NCBI GenBank assembly: GCA_963826115.1
Contig: CAWGVS010000005.1
Location: forward strand, 704,001 to 768,000
Length of the DNA stretch: 64,000 bases
Origin: an uncultured Candidatus Rokubacteria bacterium
GTDB lineage: Bacteria > Methylomirabilota > Methylomirabilia > Rokubacteriales > DASRDR01
Reading direction: 5' to 3'
Below, in pieces: positions 38,710 to 47,904 of this stretch. The notes under the pieces are model-generated. The model saw only the letters and a program-made list of their open reading frames with translations. It ran no database searches and had not been told where the DNA came from. Position 1 is the first letter of the stretch. Each line of letters starts with the position of its first letter. Both the position numbers and the translations under genes were made by a program.

Positions 38710-40050
38710 GTGCGGCTCCCGGTGGTCGCGATCGTCGGACGGCCCAACGTCGGGAAGTCCACCCTCTTCAATCGCCTGACCGGGAGCCGGAAGGCGATCG
38801 TCCGCGACACCCCGGGGGTGACGCGCGATCGCATCCACGGCGTGTGCGAGTTCGCCGGCTGGCGGGCCACCGTGATCGACACGGGCGGGCTCGACCCGAG
38901 CTCGGAGGAGCCGCTCGCCACGCAGGTCCGGAAGCAGATCCTCGCCGCCATCGCCGAGGCGGACGCGCTGGTCTTCGTCATCGACGGGCGCGATGGGCTG
39001 ACGCCGATCGACGAGGAGGTCGCGCGCCTCCTCCGCCGCGTGGCGAAGCCGGTGGTGGTCGCGGTCAACAAGGTGGACGCGCGGGGGCACGAGGCCGCGG
39101 CGGCCGAGGCCTACCGGCTCGGGATGGATCCGGTGCTGCCGGTCTCCGCCGAGCACGGGCGCGGCGTCGCCGAGCTGATCGAGGCGCTCGCGATGCGACT
39201 CCCCATGGTGCCGGGCGCGGGCGCCGACGAGGAGGCCAGCCCCCTCCGGATCGCGGTCGTCGGCCGCCCGAACGTCGGGAAGTCCTCGCTGGTCAACGCG
39301 ATCGCCGGGCAGGACCGCGTCGTGGTCCACAGCGAGCCGGGCACCACGCGCGACGCCGTCGACACGCTGGTGACGGTCGAGGGGCGCCCCTACGTCATCG
39401 TCGACACCGCCGGCCTGCGCCGCAAGGGGCGGACCGAGGGCGCGCTCGACAAGCTCGCCGCCGTCATGGCCAGGCGGAGCCTGGAGCGCGCGGACCTCGC
39501 CCTGGTGGTCCTGGACGGCGGCGAGGGCGTGACGACGCAGGACGCGCGGATCGCCGGCTACGCCGAGGCAGCGGGTCGCGCCGTGGTGCTGGTGGTCAAC
39601 AAGTGGGACCTCGTGGAAGCCGCGGACCGGGCGCCCAAGATCGTGCGCTCGCTCCGCGAGCGACTCCCGTTCCTGGCGCACGCCCCGGTCGTCTTCACGT
39701 CCGCGCGCGATGGCACCGGGCTCCGCGAGCTCTTCGAGACGGTCGACCGCGTCGCGCTCGACTACGCGAAGGAGATCTCGACCGGCGAGCTGAACCGCGT
39801 CCTCACGGCCGCGGTGGAGCGGCGGCCGCCGGGCGGGGTGCACGGGAAGACGCTGAAGATCTTCTACGCGACGCAGACCGCGACCCGGCCGCCCACCTTC
39901 CTCCTGTTCGTCAACGATCCGGCCGCGCTCCACTTCTCCTACGAGCGCTACCTGGTGAGCGCGCTCCGCGAGCGCTTCGGGCTGGCGGGCTGCGCATTGC
40001 GGCTCAAGCTCCGGCGGCGGCGACCCGCGCGCACGCGCCTGTCGACGTGA
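38710..40050 (+). CDS. der: Ribosome biogenesis GTPase Der
   Basis: Two GRPNVGKS G-domains, DTPGVTRD, NKWD, KH-like C-terminus. Confidence 0.97.
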   Translation: MRLPVVAIVGRPNVGKSTLFNRLTGSRKAIVRDTPGVTRDRIHGVCEFAGWRATVIDTGGLDPSSEEPLATQVRKQILAAIAEADALVFVIDGRDGLTPIDEEVARLLRRVAKPVVVAVNKVDARGHEAAAAEAYRLGMDPVLPVSAEHGRGVAELIEALAMRLPMVPGAGADEEASPLRIAVVGRPNVGKSSLVNAIAGQDRVVVHSEPGTTRDAVDTLVTVEGRPYVIVDTAGLRRKGRTEGALDKLAAVMARRSLERADLALVVLDGGEGVTTQDARIAGYAEAAGRAVVLVVNKWDLVEAADRAPKIVRSLRERLPFLAHAPVVFTSARDGTGLRELFETVDRVALDYAKEISTGELNRVLTAAVERRPPGGVHGKTLKIFYATQTATRPPTFLLFVNDPAALHFSYERYLVSALRERFGLAGCALRLKLRRRRPARTRLST

Positions 40051-40724
40051 CGCGGGGGCTCGGGCTCGTCCTTGGCCTGGCCCTCGCCGGCTGCGCCGCG
40101 GCGGCGCCCGCCCGTGATCCGCTGAGCGCCGAGCAGCACAACGACCTTGGGGTTCTCTACTTCGGGCGGGGCGAGCCGGCCCGAGCCGTCACGGAGTTCG
40201 AGCGCGCCGTGACGCTCCGACCGGGCTGGGCGCGCGCGCTCGTGAACCTGGGCGACGCGCGCCTCGCGGCGGGCGACGTGAAGGCGGCCATCGCGGCGTA
40301 CGAGCGCGCGGTGGCGGTCGCGCCCGACGATCCGGCTGCCGCGAACAACCTCGCCTGGGCCCTCCTCCAGGATCCGACGCGCTGGCCGGAGGCGGAGCCG
40401 ATCATCGACGCCGCGCTCGCGCGGCGCCCCGAGCCCCGCGGCTACTACCTCGACACCCTCGGCGTCCTGCGCCTTCGCCAGGGGCGCGATCGGGACGCGC
40501 TCGATCTGTTCCGGGAGGCCCTGGCCGACGGCGCGCTCGAGCTGGGCGCGTCGCGCGCGCTGGTCCTGGATCACGCCGCCGACGCCCACGCGCGCCTGGG
40601 CGACCTCGCCGCCGCGGCCCGTTGCCGCGCCCTGGCCGAGCGCGAGCGGTTGGCGCCGCGCTCCGCCGGGGTGTCCGGGTCCGCCGGGATTCCACCTGTT
40701 GGTGAGGGCGGGACCGTGTGCTAG
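40047..40724 (+). CDS. TPR-repeat lipoprotein
   Basis: Lipobox LALAGC; HNDLGVLY, ALVNLG, NNLAWAL, LDTLG TPR motifs. Confidence 0.85.
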   Translation: MTRGLGLVLGLALAGCAAAAPARDPLSAEQHNDLGVLYFGRGEPARAVTEFERAVTLRPGWARALVNLGDARLAAGDVKAAIAAYERAVAVAPDDPAAANNLAWALLQDPTRWPEAEPIIDAALARRPEPRGYYLDTLGVLRLRQGRDRDALDLFREALADGALELGASRALVLDHAADAHARLGDLAAAARCRALAERERLAPRSAGVSGSAGIPPVGEGGTVC

Positions 40725-40727
40725 GAT
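40699..40727 (+). promoter_or_regulatory. Putative promoter of SPOR-ihfA-MerR
   Basis: TTGGTG-N17-TAGGAT with extended TG. Confidence 0.45.
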
Positions 40728-40766
40728 TGGCCAGCTAACATCCTGTCGTATTTGGGGAATTCGAGC

Positions 40767-41699
40767 ATGAGGCGAGTTAAGCCCGACGTGTCGCACCGGA
40801 TACGACGCCAGCCGAGCATCTTCAGCGTGCGCTGGTTCCGGATCGCGCTGGGCGTCGGCCTGGTGCTCATCCTCGCGCTCCTGGTGGGTCCCTCCGTCGC
40901 GAGCTGGTTCCGGGGCGATCTGCCGAAGAGCGCCTTCCTCCTGGTACCGGGCGGCGGGCCCGCGAAGACGGCAGAAACGACGACGCCGGACTCGTCCTCC
41001 GCGCGGCCGACCGCGCCGCCGACCGCGCCGCCATCCGCTCCGCCGTCTGCCGGTGGAACGGCCTCGGCGTCGTCCGCCGGGAAGAGCGCGGCGGCTCCGG
41101 CCGAGGGCGCGCCCGCGAACCCGCCGATCGTGGGCAGCCCGTCGCCCGCGCCCTCGACGACGAGCGCGATGCCCTCGGCTCCCCGGGAGACGGCAAAGGC
41201 CGCGCCGGCCGCCGGCGATGGCGCGGCGCCGCGCCCCGGCTCGCTCTCGTCGCCCCCCTCCGTCTACTGGATCCAGGTGGGGGCGTTCCTGGACCACAAG
41301 AACGCCGACCGTCTCGCCGAGCGGCTGAAGAACGACGGGCTCTCCGCGTCGACGACCTCCTTCGAGCAGAGCCGCGTGATGTACCGCGTGCTCCTGACGA
41401 GCGCCGACGGCGGCCGCGGGCCCGACGAGGCCGTCGAGCGCGCGAAGGGCCTCGGGCACCCGGTGGAGGCGACGGCGGACGGGCCGGCGGTGACCGGCCT
41501 GGTCCCGCTCCGGAAGGCGGTGGAGACGTCGCACGCCCTCCGGCAGCAGGGGATCCCGGTGCGCTTGAAGCAGGAAGTGAGCTCGTCGACCTTCCGCGTC
41601 GTGCGCGTGGGATCGTTCCCGACGGTGGCCGAGGCCGAGACGGCGCTCGCGGCGCTCTCCGTCAAGGGCGTCGAGGGCGTGGTGGTCCGGGAGCGCTGA
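40767..41699 (+). CDS. SPOR-domain membrane protein
   Basis: One TM helix, Pro/Ser/Ala linker, YWIQVGAF..NA, VRVGSFPT. Confidence 0.85.
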   Translation: MRRVKPDVSHRIRRQPSIFSVRWFRIALGVGLVLILALLVGPSVASWFRGDLPKSAFLLVPGGGPAKTAETTTPDSSSARPTAPPTAPPSAPPSAGGTASASSAGKSAAAPAEGAPANPPIVGSPSPAPSTTSAMPSAPRETAKAAPAAGDGAAPRPGSLSSPPSVYWIQVGAFLDHKNADRLAERLKNDGLSASTTSFEQSRVMYRVLLTSADGGRGPDEAVERAKGLGHPVEATADGPAVTGLVPLRKAVETSHALRQQGIPVRLKQEVSSSTFRVVRVGSFPTVAEAETALAALSVKGVEGVVVRER

Positions 41700-41732
41700 G
41701 TCCTCCGATGGACAGCATGACGGCGAGGGGGG

Positions 41733-42017
41733 GTGAGTAGGCTGACGAAGAACGACCTCATCAACTCCGTTGCGGGGCACGGGCTCTCGAAGCGACAGTC
41801 CGCCGCGGTCGTCGAGGCCGTGTTCGACAGCATGATCCGGGCGTTCGAGCAGGGCAGCGACGTCAAGATCGTGGGATTCGGGCACTTCAAGCTGCGGAAG
41901 AAGGCGTCGCGCAAGGGCCGCAACCCGCAGACCGGCAACGAGATCGAGATCACAGCTCGCCGGGTGCTGACGTTCAAGCCATCGAAGGGATTGAAGGCGC
42001 AGGTGAACCACCGTTGA
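41733..42017 (+). CDS. ihfA: Integration host factor alpha / HU family
   Basis: [31 protein letters not shown]; ihfA-MerR-tRNAPro synteny. Confidence 0.88.
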   Translation: MSRLTKNDLINSVAGHGLSKRQSAAVVEAVFDSMIRAFEQGSDVKIVGFGHFKLRKKASRKGRNPQTGNEIEITARRVLTFKPSKGLKAQVNHR

Positions 42018-42427
42018 TCGAGCCGGAGGTCGACCGCGAGCGGCGAGTCGTGGAGGTCGGGGTCGAGGCCCCGATTCCCGACAAGCTGTTCTTCCGGATC
42101 GGCGAGGTGGCCGACCTCACCGGCGTGCCGCCCTACGTGCTGCGGTACTGGGAGTCGGAGTTCAAGCTCCTCCGGCCGCGGAAGAATCACGCGGGCCAGC
42201 GTGTCTACCGGAAGCACGACGTGCAGATGGTGCTCCGCATCAAGAGTCTCCTGTACGAGGACCGCCTGACGCTGGAGGGCGCGAAGAAACGTCTTCAGCA
42301 GGAAGGCCGGCAACGCAACCAGCAGCTCGAGCTCCCGGCGCCGGATCCGCAGACGCTGGCCGCGCTCCGGTCGATTCGGGCCAGGCTGGAGGCCATCCGC
42401 CAGACGCTCCGACGAACTGCCCCTTGA
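42014..42427 (+). CDS. MerR-family regulator
   Basis: [28 protein letters not shown]. Confidence 0.92.
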   Translation: MIEPEVDRERRVVEVGVEAPIPDKLFFRIGEVADLTGVPPYVLRYWESEFKLLRPRKNHAGQRVYRKHDVQMVLRIKSLLYEDRLTLEGAKKRLQQEGRQRNQQLELPAPDPQTLAALRSIRARLEAIRQTLRRTAP

Positions 42428-42452
42428 ACCGCTCCGGGGCGCAACGTACAAT
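42424..42452 (+). promoter_or_regulatory. sigma70 promoter of tRNA-Pro(GGG)
   Basis: TTGAAC-N17-TACAAT ending 10 nt before the tRNA. Confidence 0.7.
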
Positions 42453-42462
42453 CCGTGGGGTT

Positions 42463-42539
<77 letters not shown>

Positions 42540-42614
42540 TTTCCCGCCGACCCCCAGGCGCGGCGTCCTCGCGGCGTTGCGGTCCCGGTCGCGACCGGAA
42601 AGACCGCACGCCGC

Positions 42615-43412
42615 GTGACGAGACCGAGCCGCCCCGTCATCCTCGTCTCCAACGACGACGGCATCCACGCGCCCGGCATCGCGGCGCTGGCCACCGCGCT
42701 CGACTCCGTCGGCGAGGTGTGGGTCGTCGCGCCCGACCGCGAGCGAAGCGCCGTCGGGCACGCGCTGACGCTCCATCGTCCGCTCACCGCCGACCAGCTC
42801 GGGCCGCGCCGCTTCGCCGTCAACGGCACGCCGTCGGACTGCGTGAACCTGGCGCTCCTCGGGCTTCTGCCGGTGCGCCCGCATCTCGTCGTCGCGGGCG
42901 TCAACGCCGGCTCGAACCTCGGCGACGACGTGACGTACTCCGGCACGGTCTCGGCCGCCCTCGAGGGCGCGCTCCTCGGCGTTCCCGGGCTCGCCGTCTC
43001 GCTCATCAAGCCGGCGGGGCCGGCGAGCTACCGGCCTGCCGCGCGCGCGGCCGCGCGGCTGGTCGGGCTTCTCCTCCGAGACCCGGGCCGCGGCGCGACG
43101 CTCCTCAACGTGAACGTCCCGCCCGGGCAGCCCCGGGGCGTGCGCGTCACGCGCCTCGGGCGGCGCCTCTACAGCGAGAAGGTCGTCGAGCGCCAGGATC
43201 CACGCGGACGACGCTACTTCTGGATCGGCGTCGGCCCGCCGGCCTGGGAGGCGGGGGAGGACACCGACTACGCGGCCGTCCACGCGGGCTACGTCTCGGT
43301 CACGCCGCTGATGCTCGATCTCACGGACTATCCGGGCCTCCGCGCGCTGAAGGACTGGGAAGGGGAGTCGCGGCGACCGTCGCGGAGCCGGGTCCCGGGC
43401 GGCCCGCGGTGA
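42615..43412 (+). CDS. surE: 5'/3'-nucleotidase SurE
   Basis: ILVSNDDG, GTPSDCV, GVNAGSNLG, YSGTV, VSVTPL. Confidence 0.96.
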   Translation: MTRPSRPVILVSNDDGIHAPGIAALATALDSVGEVWVVAPDRERSAVGHALTLHRPLTADQLGPRRFAVNGTPSDCVNLALLGLLPVRPHLVVAGVNAGSNLGDDVTYSGTVSAALEGALLGVPGLAVSLIKPAGPASYRPAARAAARLVGLLLRDPGRGATLLNVNVPPGQPRGVRVTRLGRRLYSEKVVERQDPRGRRYFWIGVGPPAWEAGEDTDYAAVHAGYVSVTPLMLDLTDYPGLRALKDWEGESRRPSRSRVPGGPR

Positions 43413-44095
43413 GCGGGGGCCGGGCCGTCGGGACGGGAGCGGGCTGGCAGGAGGCGCGGGCCGCCCGCGAGCGGGAGCGCATGGTCGAGGAGCAGCTCGT
43501 GCGGCGCGGGGTCACGGATCCCCGGGTGCTCGACGCCATGCGGCGGGTTCCGCGCCACCGGTTCGTCGAGGAGGCGCTGCGGGATCGCGCATACGGCGAT
43601 CACCCGCTGCCGATCGGCGAGAACCAGACGATCTCCCAGCCCTACATCGTGGGGATGATGACGCAGCTCCTCGCGCTCACCGGGACGGAGAAGGTGCTCG
43701 AGATCGGCACCGGCTCCGGCTACCAGACGGCGGTCCTGGCGGAGCTGGTGCGGCGCGTGTGCTCGGTCGAGCGGTTCATGTCGCTCGGGGTCCGGGCCCG
43801 GCGCATCCTGGAGGAGTTGGGGTATACTAGCGCAGTCGTCAAGATGGCCGACGGGACGTACGGGTGGGCCGACGAGGCCCCCTTCGAGCGGATCATCGTG
43901 ACGGCCGGCGCACCGGCGATCCCGGCGCCCCTGGTGCAGCAGCTGGCCGAGGGCGGTCGGATCGTGGTGCCGGTGGGCGGACCGCAGTCCCAGGTGCTGC
44001 ATGTCGCCGAGAAGGTGGACGGTCGCATGCGGCTCACGATGGACTGCGACTGCTCGTTCGTGAAGCTTGTCGGGAAGTACGGATGGGAGACCTGA
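43409..44095 (+). CDS. pcm: Protein-L-isoaspartate O-methyltransferase
   Basis: VPRHRF, QTISQP, VLEIGTGSGYQ. Confidence 0.96.
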   Translation: MSGGRAVGTGAGWQEARAARERERMVEEQLVRRGVTDPRVLDAMRRVPRHRFVEEALRDRAYGDHPLPIGENQTISQPYIVGMMTQLLALTGTEKVLEIGTGSGYQTAVLAELVRRVCSVERFMSLGVRARRILEELGYTSAVVKMADGTYGWADEAPFERIIVTAGAPAIPAPLVQQLAEGGRIVVPVGGPQSQVLHVAEKVDGRMRLTMDCDCSFVKLVGKYGWET

Positions 44096-44148
44096 GCCCC
44101 CGATTCCGGGGGCGGCTCGGGCTGATGGTTCCGAGGCCCGGGTGGGGT

Positions 44149-44225
44149 CGGGGCGTAGCGCAGCTTGGTAGCGCGCCTGCTTCGGGAGCAGGAGGTCGCT
44201 GGTTCAAGTCCAGTCGCCCCGACCA
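44149..44225 (+). tRNA. tRNA-Pro(CGG)
   Basis: CGGGGCG acceptor, CCTGC-TTCGGGA-GCAGG anticodon arm, GGTTCAAGTCC, CCA. Confidence 0.96.
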
Positions 44226-44276
44226 TCTCCTTCCATCCCGTGGTCATCCGGATCGTCGTGAGAACCTTCGGCGCAG

Positions 44277-44609
44277 ATGAGTGAGGCGGACAGCCGCGCG
44301 GGCCATCGCCGCCCCGGCGGACGTCTGGGCGCCGTGGAAGTCCTGGTCGGGGGACGCGTCCAGGGGGTCGGCTACCGGAACTTCGCTCAGCGGCGCGCTC
44401 TCGAGCGGCGCCTCACCGGATACGCGGTGAATCTCCCGAACGGCAGCGTCAAGATCCGAGCGGAGGGGGACCTGGAGGCCATCGAGCAGTTCGTGCGTGA
44501 CCTCGGGAAGGGCCCGCCCCTGGCCCGCGTGGAGCGCATCGACGTGAGCGCGGTCGCGTTCACCGGACGCTACGGGGAGTTCGGCATCCGGTTCTCGGAG
44601 GGGCGGTGA
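44277..44609 (+). CDS. acyP: Acylphosphatase
   Basis: [23 protein letters not shown]. Confidence 0.92.
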   Translation: MSEADSRAGHRRPGGRLGAVEVLVGGRVQGVGYRNFAQRRALERRLTGYAVNLPNGSVKIRAEGDLEAIEQFVRDLGKGPPLARVERIDVSAVAFTGRYGEFGIRFSEGR

Positions 44610-45409
44610 GGGACCGGCCGACGCGGTGGGCGGTCCTGGTCGCGGTCCCGCTGACCCTGGTCGGGGTTCCGGCGGGGGCCGCCGGCCCCCCGAGCCCCCA
44701 GCGAACGGCCCCGAAGTCCCAGGGCATCGCCGTGAAGCTCCGGCAGCCGGCCCCGCCGGCCGCGACCCTCGGGCACGTCGTCAGGCCCGGGGAGACCCTC
44801 TGGAGCATCGCCCGCGAGCACGGCGTGTCGGTCGAAGCGCTCATGCGGGCCAACCGGCTGACGCCCAAGTCGAAGCTCCAGGTCGGCCAGCGCGTCAGCA
44901 TCCCGCTCACCGAGGTCCAGGAGGGGAGCCAGGAGCCTCCGTCCCTCGCCGACATCGTGCTGGAGAGGCCGCCGATGGCCTCCGTCGTGAGCCTCGTGCG
45001 CCCGGTGCCCGGGCCCATCGTGTCGCCCTTCGGTCCACGAGGCCGAGCCTGGCACGGCGGCGTCGACCTCCGGGCCGAGCGCCACGATCCCATCCACGCC
45101 GCCCTGGCGGGCATGGTGATCTCGAGCAGCTGGGAGCGCGCCTACGGCCACGTGATCAAGATCTGGCACCACAGCGACCTCATGACCGTGTACGCCCACA
45201 ACCTCGAGAACCTGGCGAAGGTCGGCGACTGGGTCGAGCAGGGCCAGGTGATCGCGGTCGTCGGGAGCACGGGCCGCGCCACCGCGCCCCACCTCCACTT
45301 CGAGGTGCGCCTGAACGGGCGGAAGTACGACCCCGCCTTCTGGCTGCCCGAGTCGGAGGCTCTCGCGCCCCCCGTCCGGGACCTCCGGAGTCCCGCCGCC
45401 GACCCATGA
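44606..45409 (+). CDS. LysM + M23 peptidase (NlpD-like)
   Basis: [13 protein letters not shown]ysM; HGGVD, YAHN, HLHFEVR. Confidence 0.92.
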   Translation: MRDRPTRWAVLVAVPLTLVGVPAGAAGPPSPQRTAPKSQGIAVKLRQPAPPAATLGHVVRPGETLWSIAREHGVSVEALMRANRLTPKSKLQVGQRVSIPLTEVQEGSQEPPSLADIVLERPPMASVVSLVRPVPGPIVSPFGPRGRAWHGGVDLRAERHDPIHAALAGMVISSSWERAYGHVIKIWHHSDLMTVYAHNLENLAKVGDWVEQGQVIAVVGSTGRATAPHLHFEVRLNGRKYDPAFWLPESEALAPPVRDLRSPAADP

Positions 45410-46413
45410 CCGCCGCGCGCGAGCCGCCGCCGCGTGGGGACGACGATCCCGCGCGCCGGCTGCCGCCGGACCCGCCGCCGGACGACCCCGAGGCGGAGTC
45501 CGCGGACGACCTCGCCGACGACGGCGCCGCGCTCGAGCTCCCGGCCGACGAGGAGCTCGACGCCGAGGAAGCGGAGGGACCGGGGTACCGCCCTCCCATC
45601 GAGATCTACCTCAGCGAGATCCGCCAGATCCCGCTCCTGACGCGGGAGCAGGAGGTCGAGCTCGCGAAGCAGGTCGCCGCGGGCAGCGAGACCGCGAGGA
45701 AGAGGATGGTGGAGGCGAACCTCCGCCTGGTCGTGATGCTGGCGCGCCGCTACCAGCACCGCGGGCTCCCGCTGGGCGACCTCATCGCCGAGGGGAACCT
45801 TGGCCTGATCCGCGCCGTCGAGAAGTTCCGCTGGGACCGCGGGACGCGCTTCTCCACGTACGCCACGTGGTGGATCCGGCAAGCGATCCAGCGCGCGCTC
45901 GCGAACCAGGCGCGGCTGATCCGGCTTCCGGTGCACGTGGAGGCCCAGCTGGGAAAGCTCCGCCGGACGCAGGAGCGGCTCACCAAGGAGCGCGGCGAGC
46001 CGCCCGTGCCTGCCGAGGTGGCCGCCGAGATGGGCGTGACGGTGAGGGACCTCCAGGCGCTCGAGGAGGCGGCCAAGATGCCGCTCTCGCTCGAGACGCC
46101 GGTCGGCGGGGACATGGAGGGCGTTCAGCTGAAGGACGTGGTTGCCGACCGGGACGACCTGGGCGCGTCGGCGATCGCCGGTCTGCTGCGCCGTCAGGCG
46201 AGCCTCCGGGAGCTCCTGGACGACCTGCCGCCGCGAGAGCGGGAGATCCTCGTCGACCGCTTCGGCCTCGGCAGCGAGACGCCCATGACCCTCGAGGCGA
46301 TCGGCCACCGGATGGGCCTGACGCGGGAGCGCGTCCGGCAGATCGAGGCCGCCGCGCTCCAGAAGCTCCGCGGCCGGCTCCAGGCGCGTGGCATCGACAT
46401 GCCAGGAGCGTGA
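45406..46413 (+). CDS. Group 2 sigma70 factor (RpoS-like)
   Basis: [42 protein letters not shown]; lacks region 1.1; follows nlpD-like gene. Confidence 0.9.
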   Translation: MTAAREPPPRGDDDPARRLPPDPPPDDPEAESADDLADDGAALELPADEELDAEEAEGPGYRPPIEIYLSEIRQIPLLTREQEVELAKQVAAGSETARKRMVEANLRLVVMLARRYQHRGLPLGDLIAEGNLGLIRAVEKFRWDRGTRFSTYATWWIRQAIQRALANQARLIRLPVHVEAQLGKLRRTQERLTKERGEPPVPAEVAAEMGVTVRDLQALEEAAKMPLSLETPVGGDMEGVQLKDVVADRDDLGASAIAGLLRRQASLRELLDDLPPREREILVDRFGLGSETPMTLEAIGHRMGLTRERVRQIEAAALQKLRGRLQARGIDMPGA

Positions 46414-46415
46414 CC

Positions 46416-47432
46416 ATGGCGGGCCTGGAGATCCTGTTCCTGTCCAAGGAGGACGTGGACGCCGTCGAGCTCGGGCTCGGTGAGGCGATGGACGCCATCG
46501 AGCTGGGGCTGCGCGCCCACGGCCAGAAGAAGGTGGTGATGCCCTCCAAGGACCACCTCGCCCTCGACCGCTCCGAGCGCCACTGGAACATCCTGAAGGG
46601 CTACGTCGAGCCGATCGACGTCGCCGGCGTGAAGGTGATCGGGGACTTCGAGGGGAACTACCGGTTCGGACTGCCCTCGGAGCTGGCGCTGATCACGCTG
46701 TACCGGTCGGACACCGGGGCGCCGTTCGCCATCGTCGACGGCACGCTCATCACGTGGATGCGCACCGGGGCGGTGACCGCGGTCGGCGCGAAGTACCTCG
46801 CCCCGGACCGGCCGCGTGTCCTCGCGCACGTGGGCGCTCGCGGCACCGCCTGGTACAACGTCCCGATGCTGGACCGGCTGTTCGACTTCGAGGAGATCCG
46901 GGTCACCAGCAAGCGGCCCGAGTCTCGCGAGCGGTTCGCAGCGAAGGTGTCCGGGCAGCTCGGGAAGCCCGTCCGGGTCACGGCGACGGTCGAGGAGACG
47001 GTGCGGGACGCCGACATCATCATCGACGCCTCGCGGCTCGTGACGGCGGAGGTCCTCGTCAAGGACGCGTGGGTCAAACCGGGCGCCCTGATCCAGCCCT
47101 ACGGGGTGGAGCAGTCCGTCGAGTCGTCGCTCCCGCTCTCGGTCGACAAGATGGTCGTCGACGACTGGAACCAGTGCCAGAAGTCGGAGTACGGGCAGTT
47201 CGCCGCGATGATCCGCGCGGGCGCGCTCCGTGGGGAGCACATCTACGGCGAGATCGGGGAGATCGTCGCCGGGCTGAAGCCGGGCCGCGAGTCGCCCCGG
47301 GAGCGCATCCTCTTCTGGCACAAGGGCTTCGCGATCAGCGACATCGTGCTGGCCCACGTGGCCTACGAGAAGGCCCGGGCCAAGGGGATCGGCACGGTCC
47401 TGAGCTACTACCGCCGCCCCCAGGACATGTGA
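46416..47432 (+). CDS. Ornithine cyclodeaminase/mu-crystallin family protein
   Basis: GVKVI, ITWMRTGA, GARGTA, EIGEIVAG.KPGR. Confidence 0.9.
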   Translation: MAGLEILFLSKEDVDAVELGLGEAMDAIELGLRAHGQKKVVMPSKDHLALDRSERHWNILKGYVEPIDVAGVKVIGDFEGNYRFGLPSELALITLYRSDTGAPFAIVDGTLITWMRTGAVTAVGAKYLAPDRPRVLAHVGARGTAWYNVPMLDRLFDFEEIRVTSKRPESRERFAAKVSGQLGKPVRVTATVEETVRDADIIIDASRLVTAEVLVKDAWVKPGALIQPYGVEQSVESSLPLSVDKMVVDDWNQCQKSEYGQFAAMIRAGALRGEHIYGEIGEIVAGLKPGRESPRERILFWHKGFAISDIVLAHVAYEKARAKGIGTVLSYYRRPQDM

Positions 47433-47790
47433 GGGGCCGGGGCGGCCGGCGGTCGCGGGCAGCCCGGCCGGGCTGACGCGACGATGCGCGCCGTGCGTCA
47501 GCCGAGCTAGCCTGCGGATCGCGTGACGGCTCGAGCTGCGGGCCCGGTCGAGGAACGGTCGTGCCCTCCTGATGCCACCCGCGCCGGGCCGCATCCGCCT
47601 CTACGCGCGTGACTACAAGTGCGCCCCGATTGCCGCGAAGGCGCGCTTCCTCGCGGCCGGGCTTGCCGTGCTGGCCTGCAGTCTCTCTACGCGCCGTGCG
47701 CTCGCGCGCTGACCGGCCACGGCGAGACGCTGACGGTCGCCTGCCGACCGACGCCGTCGTGAGCGGCTCGCGCTCGCCCGCTCCTCGGGA

Positions 47791-47799
47791 TGCTAGAAT
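47791..47799 (+). promoter_or_regulatory. Extended -10 promoter of tRNA-Arg
   Basis: TGcTAGAAT ending 28 nt before the tRNA. Confidence 0.6.
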
Positions 47800-47827
47800 C
47801 AAGGCCGACCGTCCCGCGAATCCGCGT

Positions 47828-47904
47828 GCCCCCGTAGCTCAGTTGGATAGAGCAAGGGTTTCCTAAACCCTGGGCCGGGTGTTCGATTCACCCCGGGGGC
47901 ACCA
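47828..47904 (+). tRNA. tRNA-Arg(CCT), island integration site
   Basis: GCCCCCG acceptor, AGGGT-TTCCTAA-ACCCT anticodon arm, GTTCGATTC, CCA. Confidence 0.96.
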
